64,000 bases of DNA from Candidatus Gastranaerophilales bacterium (GTDB lineage Bacteria > Cyanobacteriota > Vampirovibrionia > Gastranaerophilales > Gastranaerophilaceae): NCBI GenBank assembly GCA_944325705.1, contig CALVBB010000001.1, forward strand, positions 67,223 to 131,222, written 5' to 3'. The stretch's first letter is position 1. Every line of letters begins with the position of its first letter. Under the pieces are notes generated by a model. The model was given only the letters and a program-made list of their open reading frames with translations. It was not told the origin of the DNA and searched no databases. This document shows, one piece after another, positions 7,774 through 17,050 of the stretch. The translations under genes were made by a program, and so were the position numbers.

Positions 7774-8635
7774 CTTCAGTGCGCCATGGTTCATCAGGTT
7801 TGATGTACCGGAGGCTGATTTCGCGGTAAGCCATATTCCCGTCTTTAACATCTCTTGTGCCTGTGCACCGGAAACTTGAGCAGCGGTCAAACACGATTTC
7901 ATCAACCGGTTTGCCGTTTGAGTAATGATGTGTAAGCCGTGAAACCCTTGACCCTTCATCCACATCAATTATCATTTTGATGCCTCTATTGTTGGTCAGG
8001 TAGTAAGCAGCAAAATCAGAATCCATTTTGGCTGCATCATCGGCAACTGCTGCATAAGGATACCCGTTCAGCCGGATAGTGTCGCCATTTTTCACTGCAA
8101 GAAGTCTCTGATAAGCTTTATAATCTGATGACCAGTCCGGTTTTTCGCCTATACACCTGATTGCCGTGAGTTTTTCTTTTATTGGTTTTAACCTTTTAAA
8201 CTCAAATGATGTTTGGGTAATCATCTCACGCGGGGTAAGCTTTGGGTCTATCACATTAAATGGCATATCCATGTGTTTGGGATAAGGGCTTGCGCTGACA
8301 AGATGGTGGTTAATCCCGTTAAGATGCCAGTGCAGCGACACGGATTCGGATCTGAGCGGACGCAAAAGTCCTTCCTTTTGCGCATCTGCCCAGTATTCAT
8401 GGCAGAATAGAGGTTTGTTTTTTGTCTGTTTTATAACTTCATGCACTACATCCGCTGCAGTTTTGTTTGTACTTTGTGCGGCAGCTTTATCTGCGCCTGT
8501 GATAATCCCCTTTATGGCTTTTCCAAATCCGGTTCTGTTAATAATTTTCCCTACATTCATATATTCATTAAAACAAATCAAAAGACAAAATTGCTTGTTT
8601 TTGATAAAATTAAAATCGTAGCATACCGGCGGCAC
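7766..8635 (-). CDS. Hypothetical protein whose C-terminal half tentatively resembles an ADP-ribosyltransferase toxin fold
   Basis: 289 aa from a GTG start (alternative ATG at 8560), with no clear RBS. GYPYAAV...KMIIDVDEGSRVSRLT...VDEIVFDRCSSFRCTG parallels the C3-like layout (Gx-STS ... G-S-x-x-IS ... ExE-VL-x-x-S-F) with non-canonical residues. Overlaps the proA stop by 8 nt. Confidence 0.5.
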   Translation of the reverse strand: MPPVCYDFNFIKNKQFCLLICFNEYMNVGKIINRTGFGKAIKGIITGADKAAAQSTNKTAADVVHEVIKQTKNKPLFCHEYWADAQKEGLLRPLRSESVSLHWHLNGINHHLVSASPYPKHMDMPFNVIDPKLTPREMITQTSFEFKRLKPIKEKLTAIRCIGEKPDWSSDYKAYQRLLAVKNGDTIRLNGYPYAAVADDAAKMDSDFAAYYLTNNRGIKMIIDVDEGSRVSRLTHHYSNGKPVDEIVFDRCSSFRCTGTRDVKDGNMAYREISLRYIKPDEPWRTEVR

Positions 8636-8669
8636 CTGAAAGTGCCAGGCGATTTAAAAGGGAAAATTT

Positions 8670-9422
8670 ATGACGAAAATAGGTGTTATAGGACTCGGAC
8701 TAATCGGCGGTTCTATTTTTAAGGACTTGAAAGCTCGGGGGTATGATGTTATTGCTGTTTCAAAGTCGCAGGATGGCGAAAATATTTTTAAAAGTTATGA
8801 AGTTTTGAAGGACTGCGGGCTTGTTTTTGTGTGTACAGCAATGAATAAAACGCTTGCCGTGCTTGATGAACTGGAAAATGTTTTATGTCCGGAAACGGTT
8901 GTTACAGATGTTTGCAGCCTGAAAGAGTTTGTCTGCAGGAAAAAACGCCCTTATCGCTTTGTCCCTTCACATCCTATGGCAGGAACCGAGCATAAAGGGT
9001 TTGAAAATTCTTTTGCAGGGCTTTTTAAGGGTGCAAAGTGGGTTCTGACGCCATGTTTTGGAGAAAGTACCGAACTTGTGGATATAATAAAAAAACTCGG
9101 TGCAAAGCCGGTTATAACTACCCCTCAAAAACATGACGAGGCTGCTGCCATGATTTCGCACATGCCTATGCTGCTTGCGCAGGCGCTTTTTCTTGCAGCA
9201 AGTGAAAACCCGCTTGCGCTCGAAATTGCCTCGAGCGGTTTTCGTGATATGACGCGGCTTGCACTTTCAAATGAAGAAATGGCCTGCGATATGGTTTCAA
9301 TGAACCATAAAAATATTGAAAATTCTATTTTGAAATTATATAAAGCAGTCGGAGAATTAACATCAGGGAATTATCCGGAGATGATTGCAAAGATTAAGTT
9401 AGAGCGGGCCAAGATGTTTTAA
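8670..9422 (+). CDS. tyrA: Prephenate/arogenate dehydrogenase
   Basis: 250 aa. Has IGVIGLGLIGGS Rossmann motif and SHPMAG motif. Confidence 0.85.
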   Translation: MTKIGVIGLGLIGGSIFKDLKARGYDVIAVSKSQDGENIFKSYEVLKDCGLVFVCTAMNKTLAVLDELENVLCPETVVTDVCSLKEFVCRKKRPYRFVPSHPMAGTEHKGFENSFAGLFKGAKWVLTPCFGESTELVDIIKKLGAKPVITTPQKHDEAAAMISHMPMLLAQALFLAASENPLALEIASSGFRDMTRLALSNEEMACDMVSMNHKNIENSILKLYKAVGELTSGNYPEMIAKIKLERAKMF

Positions 9423-9433
9423 AAAAAAAATAA

Positions 9434-9469
9434 AGAGTATTCCATGGTGGGGTGGAATACTCCGGTTTT
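9434..9469. terminator. Bidirectional rho-independent terminator between convergent genes
   Basis: agagtattcca / tggaatactc stem with an A-run upstream and cggtttt downstream. Confidence 0.7.
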
Positions 9470-9513
9470 GAAAAAATAATATGATGCTTATTTTTTCTGA
9501 CATTAAAATTTTG

Positions 9514-10041
9514 TTATGCGTCGGTTCTGAGGATGTTATGAATAAGTCCGGCTGCAAAACCTACCGCAGCACCTGCTGCTATAAATGTTCCGGTGTGGCG
9601 TGTGCGTTTTACTGCGCCCTCATAGGCTTTTGCGCAGCGCTGGAACATCTCGCCCGCCTTTTCATTAACATTTGAAATTATGCTTCTCAACTGTATTTTG
9701 TCGGTCGCTGAAAGTTTTGCTTCTTCAAGAACTTTTTTCATTTTGCCTGCTCTGCCGGCTTTTGTCAGACCTTCGCTGTTTTCAACATCTACCATCTTTA
9801 TGAAAGTATCCTGAGCTGGAGTTTTATTGGCAATTTTTCTTATCGAATCAATTGATTTTGCTTTAGCTTTTTTTGATTCGGTTTTGATAATATTCATTGC
9901 ACCTTTAAATTCATCGTCCATTTCATCAGATGTTAAAGGAAGCATGTATTTTGCAGCGTAACCTGCAATACCGCCTACTGCTGTAGCTTTCACAATTGTC
10001 GGGAATGTCTGTTCATTTGAATGTATAGCGTGTGTCTTCAT
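9514..10041 (-). CDS. Hypothetical protein with hydrophobic segments at both ends
   Basis: 175-aa ORF with no recognisable family. Confidence 0.55.
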   Translation of the reverse strand: MKTHAIHSNEQTFPTIVKATAVGGIAGYAAKYMLPLTSDEMDDEFKGAMNIIKTESKKAKAKSIDSIRKIANKTPAQDTFIKMVDVENSEGLTKAGRAGKMKKVLEEAKLSATDKIQLRSIISNVNEKAGEMFQRCAKAYEGAVKRTRHTGTFIAAGAAVGFAAGLIHNILRTDA

Positions 10042-10323
10042 AGTTAATAAACCTTTACTTAACTAATACCCTTAACCTATTGCCATATACGACCTGCTCA
10101 TTGAGATTTTTGTGAACAATCTCAATTGAAGTGTATATGAGTGGATTTGCACTTAAATATTTTAAATAATTCAGGTCATCCCTGTAAAAGTCTATTTCTA
10201 CAAGCAAGCTTTTTAAATTCTGCAGCCCATCTGCTGCCTGCTCTGACCATTTTCTGTTTTGATGCCCCGTTCACTATTAATTAAAACTGAGTAATCAAAT
10301 CCATCTTGCATAATAACATAACT

Positions 10324-11355
10324 TTATTTTTTTGTCAATACCTTGATGAAGTTTAGTAACAACATGATAATTACTGTTGCAAGAATAAAAATAAAATAAT
10401 GTTTTATTGTATTTTCTCCCATTAGAAGCGATGCCAGAGCGCCGGCAATAATTGCAACCGACGTAAGAATTACAACGGTTTTTTTCTGGGAAAATCCGGC
10501 ATGCAGAAGTTTGTGGTGAATATGTTCCGCATCAGCTACAAAAGGAGATTTTCCTTTTGAGATTCTTCTCAGAGAAGAATAGGTAATATCCATAATCGGT
10601 ACGGCTAAAACCACAAACGGAAGTAAAATTGCAAAGGTTGCGGCTTTCATAATACCTGTTATTGAAATGGTGGCAAGCAAAAAGCCGGAGAAAAGTGCTC
10701 CGCTGTCGCCCATAAAGATTTTTGCAGGATTAAAGTTGTAGGTCAAGAATGCAAGCATAGCACCGGCAAGAATAAAGCCTACAAGTGCAATAATAGGATT
10801 TGGCGGTGTCATTGCAACCGCAATAATCGCAAGGGTTATAGCATTAACTGTAGTGACAGAGCCTGCAAGTCCGTCTACACCGTCAATAAAGTTCAAGGCA
10901 TTGCTTATACCTACTATCCAGAGAATTGTTATCGGATAAGACAATAGCCCTAAATCCCCGAGAAACGGAATTGAATCTATTCTTACTCCGAGCAAATACA
11001 CAAGTGTTGCTATTGAAATCTGGATAAAAAGTTTAAATTTTGCATCAAGGTTGTAAATATCATCAACAAGCCCTAATAGGAACATTAAAGAACTACCTAG
11101 AAGGATGCCTGACAGAAGGCTTCCGTAAGGGTAATAGCTTAAAAATACAAGACACAAAAATGTAAGCATTGTGCTTGTCCAGATTGCAACTCCTCCTATC
11201 CTCGATATTGGTGTTGTGTGGATTTTTCTTTCGTTCGGAACATCTACCAGTCCTTCTTTCTTAGAAAAGTTAATAACGAGAGGCACAAGAAATACCCCGA
11301 ATATATATGCGATAATTGTTCCTATTATATGTGCATGTGTTAATTTAATAATCAT
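10324..11355 (-). CDS. wecA: MraY/WecA-family polyprenyl-phosphate N-acetylhexosamine-1-phosphate transferase
   Basis: 343 aa, polytopic. Has PNERKIHTTPISRIGG, NFIDGVDGLA and MGDSGALF motifs. Confidence 0.85.
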   Translation of the reverse strand: MIIKLTHAHIIGTIIAYIFGVFLVPLVINFSKKEGLVDVPNERKIHTTPISRIGGVAIWTSTMLTFLCLVFLSYYPYGSLLSGILLGSSLMFLLGLVDDIYNLDAKFKLFIQISIATLVYLLGVRIDSIPFLGDLGLLSYPITILWIVGISNALNFIDGVDGLAGSVTTVNAITLAIIAVAMTPPNPIIALVGFILAGAMLAFLTYNFNPAKIFMGDSGALFSGFLLATISITGIMKAATFAILLPFVVLAVPIMDITYSSLRRISKGKSPFVADAEHIHHKLLHAGFSQKKTVVILTSVAIIAGALASLLMGENTIKHYFIFILATVIIMLLLNFIKVLTKK

Positions 11356-11372
11356 TTTTTATTCTCGTTTTA

Positions 11373-12617
11373 CTATTGGTATAAAGGATATTTTTTGCAA
11401 AGTTTTAATGATCGTTCTCTGAGATTTTTCAATCCTGTTTCATTATCTGATGCGTAAATTGCCGACGCTATAATTTTTGCAACCTCAATCATATCATCTT
11501 CTTTAAAACCTCTTGTCGTAACGGCAGGTGTCCCAAGCCTTATGCCGGAAGTTATAAACGGGCTTTGAGGGTCATTCGGAACAGTATTTTTGTTTGCTGT
11601 AATACCGACTTTTTCCAGAACATTTGCCATATCTTTACCGGTTTTGCCTGTCTTTCTCAAATCAAGTGTCATAAGGTGGTTTTCAGTCATTCCGCCGACA
11701 ATGTCCATCCCTTCATCCATTAAACCCTGCGCAAGAGCTTGAGCGTTTTTAATAATTTGTTTTGCGTATTCTTTGAATTCAGGTTTGGAAGCCTCGAGAA
11801 GTGCTACGGCTTTGGCTGCAATAATATGCTCAAGCGGGCCTCCCTGCATTCCGGGGAAGATTGCCTTATCTATTCCTGCGGCATGTTCGGCCTTGCACAT
11901 TGTAATTCCGCCTCTCGGGCCTCTTAATGATTTGTGGGTTGTTGTTGTTACAAAATCTGCGTAAGGAGCCGGCGACGGGTGAAGTCCTGCAACAACAAGT
12001 CCTGCAATATGTGCAATGTCAGCCAGCAAATATGCTCCGGCTTCATCTGCTATTTCGCGGAACTTTTTAAAGTCAATGATTTTAGAATAATTGCTTGCCC
12101 CGCAGATTATGAGTTTTGGTTTATGGCTAAGAGCCATTTCTCTTACATTGTCGTAATCTATATTCCCGTTTTCATCAACGCCGTAGCTTTTTACGTCAAA
12201 ATAAAGTCCTGAAAAATTGACAGGAGAACCATGAGAAAGGTGTCCGCCGTTGGACAAATCCATTCCGAGGACTCTGTCACCGGGTTTGAGGCAATACATA
12301 AATACGGCCATATTTGCCTGAGCTCCGCTGTGAGGCTGAACATTAGCATGATCCATTCCGAAAAGTTCGCATGCTCTTTTCTGGGCAATTTCTTCAATAA
12401 CATCAACGTGTTCGCAACCGTTATAAAATCTTTTGTGAGGTTTTCCTTCTGCGTATTTGTTAGTTAGAACGCTGCCTGCAGCTTCCATAACTGCTTTGGA
12501 TGTAATGTTTTCGCTTGCAATAAGTTCTATAGTTTCCTGTTGTCTTTTCAATTCAAGCTCAATTTGTTCTGCCACAACAGGATCTGTCTTTTTAAGATTT
12601 TCCAAATTCATAATCAC
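11373..12617 (-). CDS. glyA: Serine hydroxymethyltransferase
   Basis: 414 aa. Has [14 protein letters not shown], the PLP-lysine motif. Confidence 0.95.
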   Translation of the reverse strand: MIMNLENLKKTDPVVAEQIELELKRQQETIELIASENITSKAVMEAAGSVLTNKYAEGKPHKRFYNGCEHVDVIEEIAQKRACELFGMDHANVQPHSGAQANMAVFMYCLKPGDRVLGMDLSNGGHLSHGSPVNFSGLYFDVKSYGVDENGNIDYDNVREMALSHKPKLIICGASNYSKIIDFKKFREIADEAGAYLLADIAHIAGLVVAGLHPSPAPYADFVTTTTHKSLRGPRGGITMCKAEHAAGIDKAIFPGMQGGPLEHIIAAKAVALLEASKPEFKEYAKQIIKNAQALAQGLMDEGMDIVGGMTENHLMTLDLRKTGKTGKDMANVLEKVGITANKNTVPNDPQSPFITSGIRLGTPAVTTRGFKEDDMIEVAKIIASAIYASDNETGLKNLRERSLKLCKKYPLYQ

Positions 12618-12637
12618 CTCACACTTTCCCTGAAAAA

Positions 12638-12666
12638 ATTATAGTGGAAATATTTTTTTCTGACAA
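12638..12666 (-). promoter_or_regulatory. Candidate sigma70-type promoter of glyA
   Basis: Minus strand reads TTGTCA-N17-TATAAT, with a GTGAGGTG RBS before the ATG at 12617. Confidence 0.6.
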
Positions 12667-12720
12667 TAAGTTCATATTATTTTTACATAATATATGTTAG
12701 GAGTATATGTTCGGTTTCTT

Positions 12721-12877
12721 TTCTTTTTTAGCGGAAAAAAGAAACAGAACCAAAGAAAAGAAAAATCGGCAAAAGAACACAGCGTCGTAAAGCGCCGCAA
12801 AACCAAACGGAAGCAGTTAAATGCTAACGCATTTAACATTTAAAGCAGTGCTATCGCAGCAAGGCTGCACGCACTGC
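12721..12877. other. Three consecutive short perfect hairpins in a GC-enriched intergenic island
   Basis: ttctttttt/aaaaaagaa at 12721-12743. gttaaatgc/gcatttaac at 12816-12837. gcagtgc/gcactgc at 12845-12877, with a nested gcagc/gctgc. Confidence 0.7.
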
Positions 12878-12893
12878 GACCGGTTCCGATTTA

Positions 12894-13078
12894 GCGACCG
12901 CGCAGGAGAATAAAAATTCAACCTAACGGAAAGAACAGCCGGTGTTAAGCGAAACATGTTCAAAAGCAGGTACTGTTTGAGGAACGTATGTGACGAGTTT
13001 ACCTGCTCCGGGTTGAGCTTTTTACATCCGGCTAGTGATTGCAGTTCGAGTTGAATTTTTATTCTCCTGCGCGGTCGC
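12894..13078. repeat. 185-bp palindromic element with perfect 29-bp terminal inverted repeats (MITE/ERIC-like, invertible-switch-like or long-hairpin RNA)
   Basis: gcgaccgcgcaggagaataaaaattcaac at 12894-12922 is the exact reverse complement of 13050-13078. The inner pairings (gccgg.../...ccggc and agcaggta/tacctgct) share the same centre near 12986. Confidence 0.85.
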
Positions 13079-13108
13079 GTTCATTTCCGATAACATATTT
13101 TATGAGAT

Positions 13109-13137
13109 TTGCACATAGAAAAAATACGTTATATAAT
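13109..13137 (+). promoter_or_regulatory. Candidate promoter of alr that would give a near-leaderless mRNA
   Basis: TTGCAC-N17-TATAAT ends 9 nt before the ATG at 13147. No Shine-Dalgarno sequence lies between them. Confidence 0.5.
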
Positions 13138-13146
13138 AAAAAAGCT

Positions 13147-14268
13147 ATGAAAAATATTAGACAAACAAACGTAAATATTCACAGGGATTCCTGGGTTGAG
13201 ATAAATGTTGGAAACCTTGCACACAACGCAATTGAGATTAGAAAAAATGTTCCGGCAGATATAAAGCTTCTTGCTGTTGTGAAAGCTGATGCCTACGGAC
13301 ATGGTTCTGTAATGCTTGCCCCGACACTCCTTGCATCAGGCTTTGATATGCTGGGTGTTGCCTCTATTGATGAGGGTGTTGATTTAAGAAACGCCAAAAT
13401 CACCTGCGATATACTTGTTCTCGGGGCAGTTCCGGTCTGGGCTGTGGAAAGTGCAGTTGATGCAGATATTTCAATAGCTGTGTTTTCGGAAGAACACCTT
13501 AATGCCTGCCGGCAGGTTTATGAACGAACTGGCAAAAAAGTTAAGGTTCACATAAAACTTGATACCGGAATGAACAGAATTGGGGTTTCTCCGGATTCTG
13601 CGGTTGAATTTATTAAGGAAGCCCGGAGTGCTGAATACTTGAATCTTCAGGGGATATTTACCCATTTTGCAAATGCTGAAAACAGGGAAAAAACACAGCT
13701 TCAAATTGATAAATGGAATAATGTTTTATCTCAGATTGATACTACAGGGCTTTTGCTTCATATTCAAAATACTGTCGGAACAATGTGCTACGACATTCCC
13801 AAGTCCAATATGAGAAGGGTCGGCATAGCTCTTTACGGTTTGTGGACTGATATGCCGGATGATAAGGGTTTTAGACCTGATTTGAAACCTGTTATGTCTG
13901 TGAAAGGCAGGATTGTTAATATTCATACTGCAAAAGACGGAGAGGGTGTCAGTTACGGACATACATTTATTGCAAAAGGCGACAGAACCATTGCCACAAT
14001 TCCGATAGGATATGCTGACGGTGTTTCAAGGGGGCTTTCAAATAAGATTTGCGGGGTGCTCAACGGGAAAAAAGTTCCGCAGGTCGGCAATATTACAATG
14101 GATCAGATGATGTTTGATATTACTGGAGTTGAGGCTGAAATCGGCGATATTATCACTCTTATTGGCGACGGAATCTCAATTGATGAATGGGCACATATTC
14201 TCGGTACTATTAATTATGAGCTATGCTGCCGTCTAAAGGTCAGATTGCCGCGTATTTATACCAGATAA
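13147..14268 (+). CDS. alr: Alanine racemase
   Basis: 373 aa from the ATG (MKNIRQTNVNIHRDSWVEINVGNL). Has VVKADAYGHG, the PLP-lysine motif. The track TTG start at 13039 lies inside the palindromic element. Confidence 0.9.
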   Translation: MKNIRQTNVNIHRDSWVEINVGNLAHNAIEIRKNVPADIKLLAVVKADAYGHGSVMLAPTLLASGFDMLGVASIDEGVDLRNAKITCDILVLGAVPVWAVESAVDADISIAVFSEEHLNACRQVYERTGKKVKVHIKLDTGMNRIGVSPDSAVEFIKEARSAEYLNLQGIFTHFANAENREKTQLQIDKWNNVLSQIDTTGLLLHIQNTVGTMCYDIPKSNMRRVGIALYGLWTDMPDDKGFRPDLKPVMSVKGRIVNIHTAKDGEGVSYGHTFIAKGDRTIATIPIGYADGVSRGLSNKICGVLNGKKVPQVGNITMDQMMFDITGVEAEIGDIITLIGDGISIDEWAHILGTINYELCCRLKVRLPRIYTR

Positions 14269-14280
14269 GCAAGGAGAATT

Positions 14281-15519
14281 ATGGTTCAAAGTTTTGATTT
14301 CGGAATAATCGGTGCTGGGCCGGCAGGGTACACTGCAGCTTTACATGCCGCAGCAAAGGGGATGAGTGTTGTGATGTTTGAGAAAGACTGCATTGGCGGA
14401 GTTTGCCTTAACCGCGGCTGTATCCCGACAAAAGCAATTTTACATTCCGCTGAACTTTTTGAAGAAATGCAAAATGCACAAGCCGTTGATATACGCTGTG
14501 AAAATCTTTCTGTTGATTATAAAGCTGTTGTTGAGCATAAAAACAGTGTGGTAGAACGCCTGCGAAAATCTCTTGAGTTATCGTTAAAGAACGGCAGCGT
14601 TGTGATTAGAAATTCGAAGGCAAAAATTAAATCACGAACAGAGATTGAGGCTGATGGCGAAATATACACCTGTAAAAATATTATTGCAGCGTGCGGAGCT
14701 TCCCCGAGAGTTTTGAAAGGGTTAGAGTTTGACGGTGAATTCATTTTAAGCTCGGATGATATTCTTAAACTGGAAACACTGCCTGAAAGTATTTTGATAG
14801 TCGGTTCGGGTGCTATAGGTATGGAATGGGCGCGTATTTTTGCTGCTTTCAGGGTTCATGTAACAGTTGTTGAGGCTTCGGAAAACTTGCTTCCGGCAGC
14901 AGATATTGAGGTTTCAAAACGCATTGAGAGAATTTTTAAATCAAAGAAAATTAGGGCTTACAAATCAACGGTTGCAGAAAAAGTTATTGACAGAAAGGTT
15001 TATCTCTCAAACGGAGAAGTCCTTACTCCGGAGGTTGTCCTTGTCGCGGCAGGACGGGTTCCTAATAGCTGCGAAAAAGTTGAAGGGGTAACTTATCTCG
15101 GTGATATATGCGGCTCTATCCAGCTTGCGCATTTTGCCATAAAGCAGGCAGTGGAACTTGTTGACGGGATTCCTTTTGATAAAACTCTCGTGCCGTCTGT
15201 GGTTTACGGAAATCCTGAAATCGCGTGGATAGGAAAACGTGAGCAGGAGCTGGAAGAAGGCAGCTATAAAAAATCAATGCTTCTTGTGTCAGCTCTTGGA
15301 AAATCTCACTGTGACAATGCGTCTGAAGGTTTTATTAAAATACTATCAAAGGATGATAAAATTATCGGGGCTCATATTGTATCAAAAGAGGCTTCCGCTA
15401 TGATTCAGGAAATACTTATAGCCATGCAAAACAATATCTCTGTCAGCAGGCTGAAAGAGATATGTTTTGCGCATCCGACCTATTCGGAAGGAATTTTTGA
15501 AAGTCTGTTTAAGCTTTAA
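14281..15519 (+). CDS. lpdA: Dihydrolipoyl dehydrogenase-family flavoprotein disulfide reductase
   Basis: 412 aa. Has GAGPAGY FAD motif, GGVCLNRGCIPTK redox disulfide and a C-terminal HPTYSE. Confidence 0.75.
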   Translation: MVQSFDFGIIGAGPAGYTAALHAAAKGMSVVMFEKDCIGGVCLNRGCIPTKAILHSAELFEEMQNAQAVDIRCENLSVDYKAVVEHKNSVVERLRKSLELSLKNGSVVIRNSKAKIKSRTEIEADGEIYTCKNIIAACGASPRVLKGLEFDGEFILSSDDILKLETLPESILIVGSGAIGMEWARIFAAFRVHVTVVEASENLLPAADIEVSKRIERIFKSKKIRAYKSTVAEKVIDRKVYLSNGEVLTPEVVLVAAGRVPNSCEKVEGVTYLGDICGSIQLAHFAIKQAVELVDGIPFDKTLVPSVVYGNPEIAWIGKREQELEEGSYKKSMLLVSALGKSHCDNASEGFIKILSKDDKIIGAHIVSKEASAMIQEILIAMQNNISVSRLKEICFAHPTYSEGIFESLFKL

Positions 15520-15627
15520 CACTCCGGAGAATTCCGCTTCCGTTACTTATTCAGGAATTGTTTTTAACGGAATTTGGATGTGTGGCCGTAGTGCGTTGAG
15601 CCGGCGGAAATCCGCGCAGCGGATTAA

Positions 15628-15948
15628 CTACCATGTGCTCAAGGAGGAACCATTTTTGAAAGCTCCGCCGGTACCGAATTTTACGCCGCCCATATTCCAG
15701 TAAGTATTTTTATCCATAGGCGGTTTTTTACCTACGTTAATTTTCCTTTCGTAAGTTGTTGTCTGCGGCTCTGTGAGGCTTTCTTTTGTGACGGTTGTTG
15801 TTTCGAGTTTCTCTGTGAAACTTTTATCTGTAAATAACCCGTCACTTGTATTAGTTACCGAGTCCACATCATAGTTAGGTGCATCCATTGCGAAAACGCA
15901 GCAGGGTGTAAATGCCAGCAGACTTAAAATAATTGCTAATTTTTTCAT
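15628..15948 (-). CDS. Small secreted hypothetical protein
   Basis: 106 aa with the signal peptide MKKLAIILSLLAFTPCCVFA. Confidence 0.6.
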   Translation of the reverse strand: MKKLAIILSLLAFTPCCVFAMDAPNYDVDSVTNTSDGLFTDKSFTEKLETTTVTKESLTEPQTTTYERKINVGKKPPMDKNTYWNMGGVKFGTGGAFKNGSSLSTW

Positions 15949-16061
15949 ATAAAATTCTCCTTTTCCCTTTATTATAACTGATTTTTACATCAAAAATCAA
16001 CTTTTTAAAACTATTATTTAAAAATATTTAAATAAAAATTTTTGAGTATATAATTAAAAAT

Positions 16062-16904
16062 ATGAGAGAACGGCTTCCTGAATATTTAAAACGTCCTATA
16101 ATAGATACAGATATGACAAGAAACGTCAGAAAAATTTTAAAAAACAGATGTTTGAATACAGTTTGTGAGAATGCCAGATGTCCTAACAAAAATGAATGCT
16201 ACAGTGCAAATACAGCAACTTTTTTGATAATGGGAAATGTCTGCACACGCAACTGCCGTTACTGCAATATAAGCTGCGAGCGTCCACAGCCTCTGGATGA
16301 GGAAGAGCCGCTGCATATTGCGGAAGCCGTGAGAGATTTAGGGCTAAAATATACGGTTATAACCTCTGTAACCCGTGATGATTTACCAGATGGCGGTGCT
16401 TCTCATTTTGCAAGATGTATTCAGGAAATAAGGCGTCTTACACCCGGGGTGAAAATCGAAATCTTAACACCTGATTTTAAAGGCGATATAAATGCACTTG
16501 ATGTTATAATCAATGCAAAGCCTGATGTTTTTAACCATAATATCGAAACTGTCCGGCAGGTGTTTAAAAAAGCAAGACCGCAAGGGGATTATGATTTGTC
16601 ACTTTCGGTTTTAAAGTATATAAAAGAAAACAGTTCTATAGTTACCAAATCCGGTTTAATGGTAGGGCTTGGCGAAACAATGGAAGATATTAAGGAAACT
16701 TTTACAGACTTAAAAAATTGCGGCTGCAATATTGTGACTGCCGGACAGTATATTCAGCCTTCCAAAAAGCATCTGGAGGTTTCGAAATATTATACTTTAG
16801 AGGAATTTGATGGGATAAAACATCTTGCGCGGGAGTGCGGAATAGAGGATTATGCTATCGCTCCTCTGGTAAGAAGTTCATACAAGGCTGCAGAACTTGT
16901 GTAA
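16062..16904 (+). CDS. lipA: Lipoyl synthase
   Basis: 280 aa. Has the radical-SAM CTRNCRYC motif and the N-terminal CENARCPN cluster motif. Confidence 0.92.
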   Translation: MRERLPEYLKRPIIDTDMTRNVRKILKNRCLNTVCENARCPNKNECYSANTATFLIMGNVCTRNCRYCNISCERPQPLDEEEPLHIAEAVRDLGLKYTVITSVTRDDLPDGGASHFARCIQEIRRLTPGVKIEILTPDFKGDINALDVIINAKPDVFNHNIETVRQVFKKARPQGDYDLSLSVLKYIKENSSIVTKSGLMVGLGETMEDIKETFTDLKNCGCNIVTAGQYIQPSKKHLEVSKYYTLEEFDGIKHLARECGIEDYAIAPLVRSSYKAAELV

Positions 16905-16977
16905 TTTTAGATTAAAGGCGGATGCTAATATAAAAACCATAATTAAAAAATAACATGTAACGAAATGTAAAGATGAA

Positions 16978-17006
16978 TTTAAAAATGCCTGAAATTCAAT
17001 TATACT
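16978..17006 (+). promoter_or_regulatory. Candidate promoter that would start transcription at the pentanucleotide repeat
   Basis: TTTAAA-N17-TATACT. The -10 element ends 4 nt before the first GATAG unit. Confidence 0.35.
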
Positions 17007-17010
17007 CTGA

Positions 17011-17050
17011 GATAGGATAGGATAGGATAGGATAGGATAGGATGGGATGG
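17011..17050. repeat. Pentanucleotide tandem repeat (GATAG)6(GATGG)2
   Basis: Counted directly. Lies 79 nt upstream of the ATG at 17129. Confidence 0.95.

Noticed and set aside
12618-12700. A riboswitch or T-box leader for glyA (ZTP/pfl or THF type)
   Set aside because: The glyA promoter match sits only about 20 nt upstream of the ATG. I could not find the conserved ZTP, THF or T-box sequence cores on the minus strand.
12894-13078. The 29-nt arms as CRISPR repeats or a repeat/tracrRNA anti-repeat pair, or as retron a1/a2 repeats
   Set aside because: The two copies are inverted rather than direct, and there is no spacer array. No cas gene and no reverse transcriptase occurs anywhere in the window.
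13039-13146. The track start (TTG 13039) that extends alanine racemase by 36 residues
   Set aside because: The extension is translated from the right arm of the palindrome. It lacks an RBS and is unlike Alr N-termini. ATG 13147 gives the canonical N-terminus.
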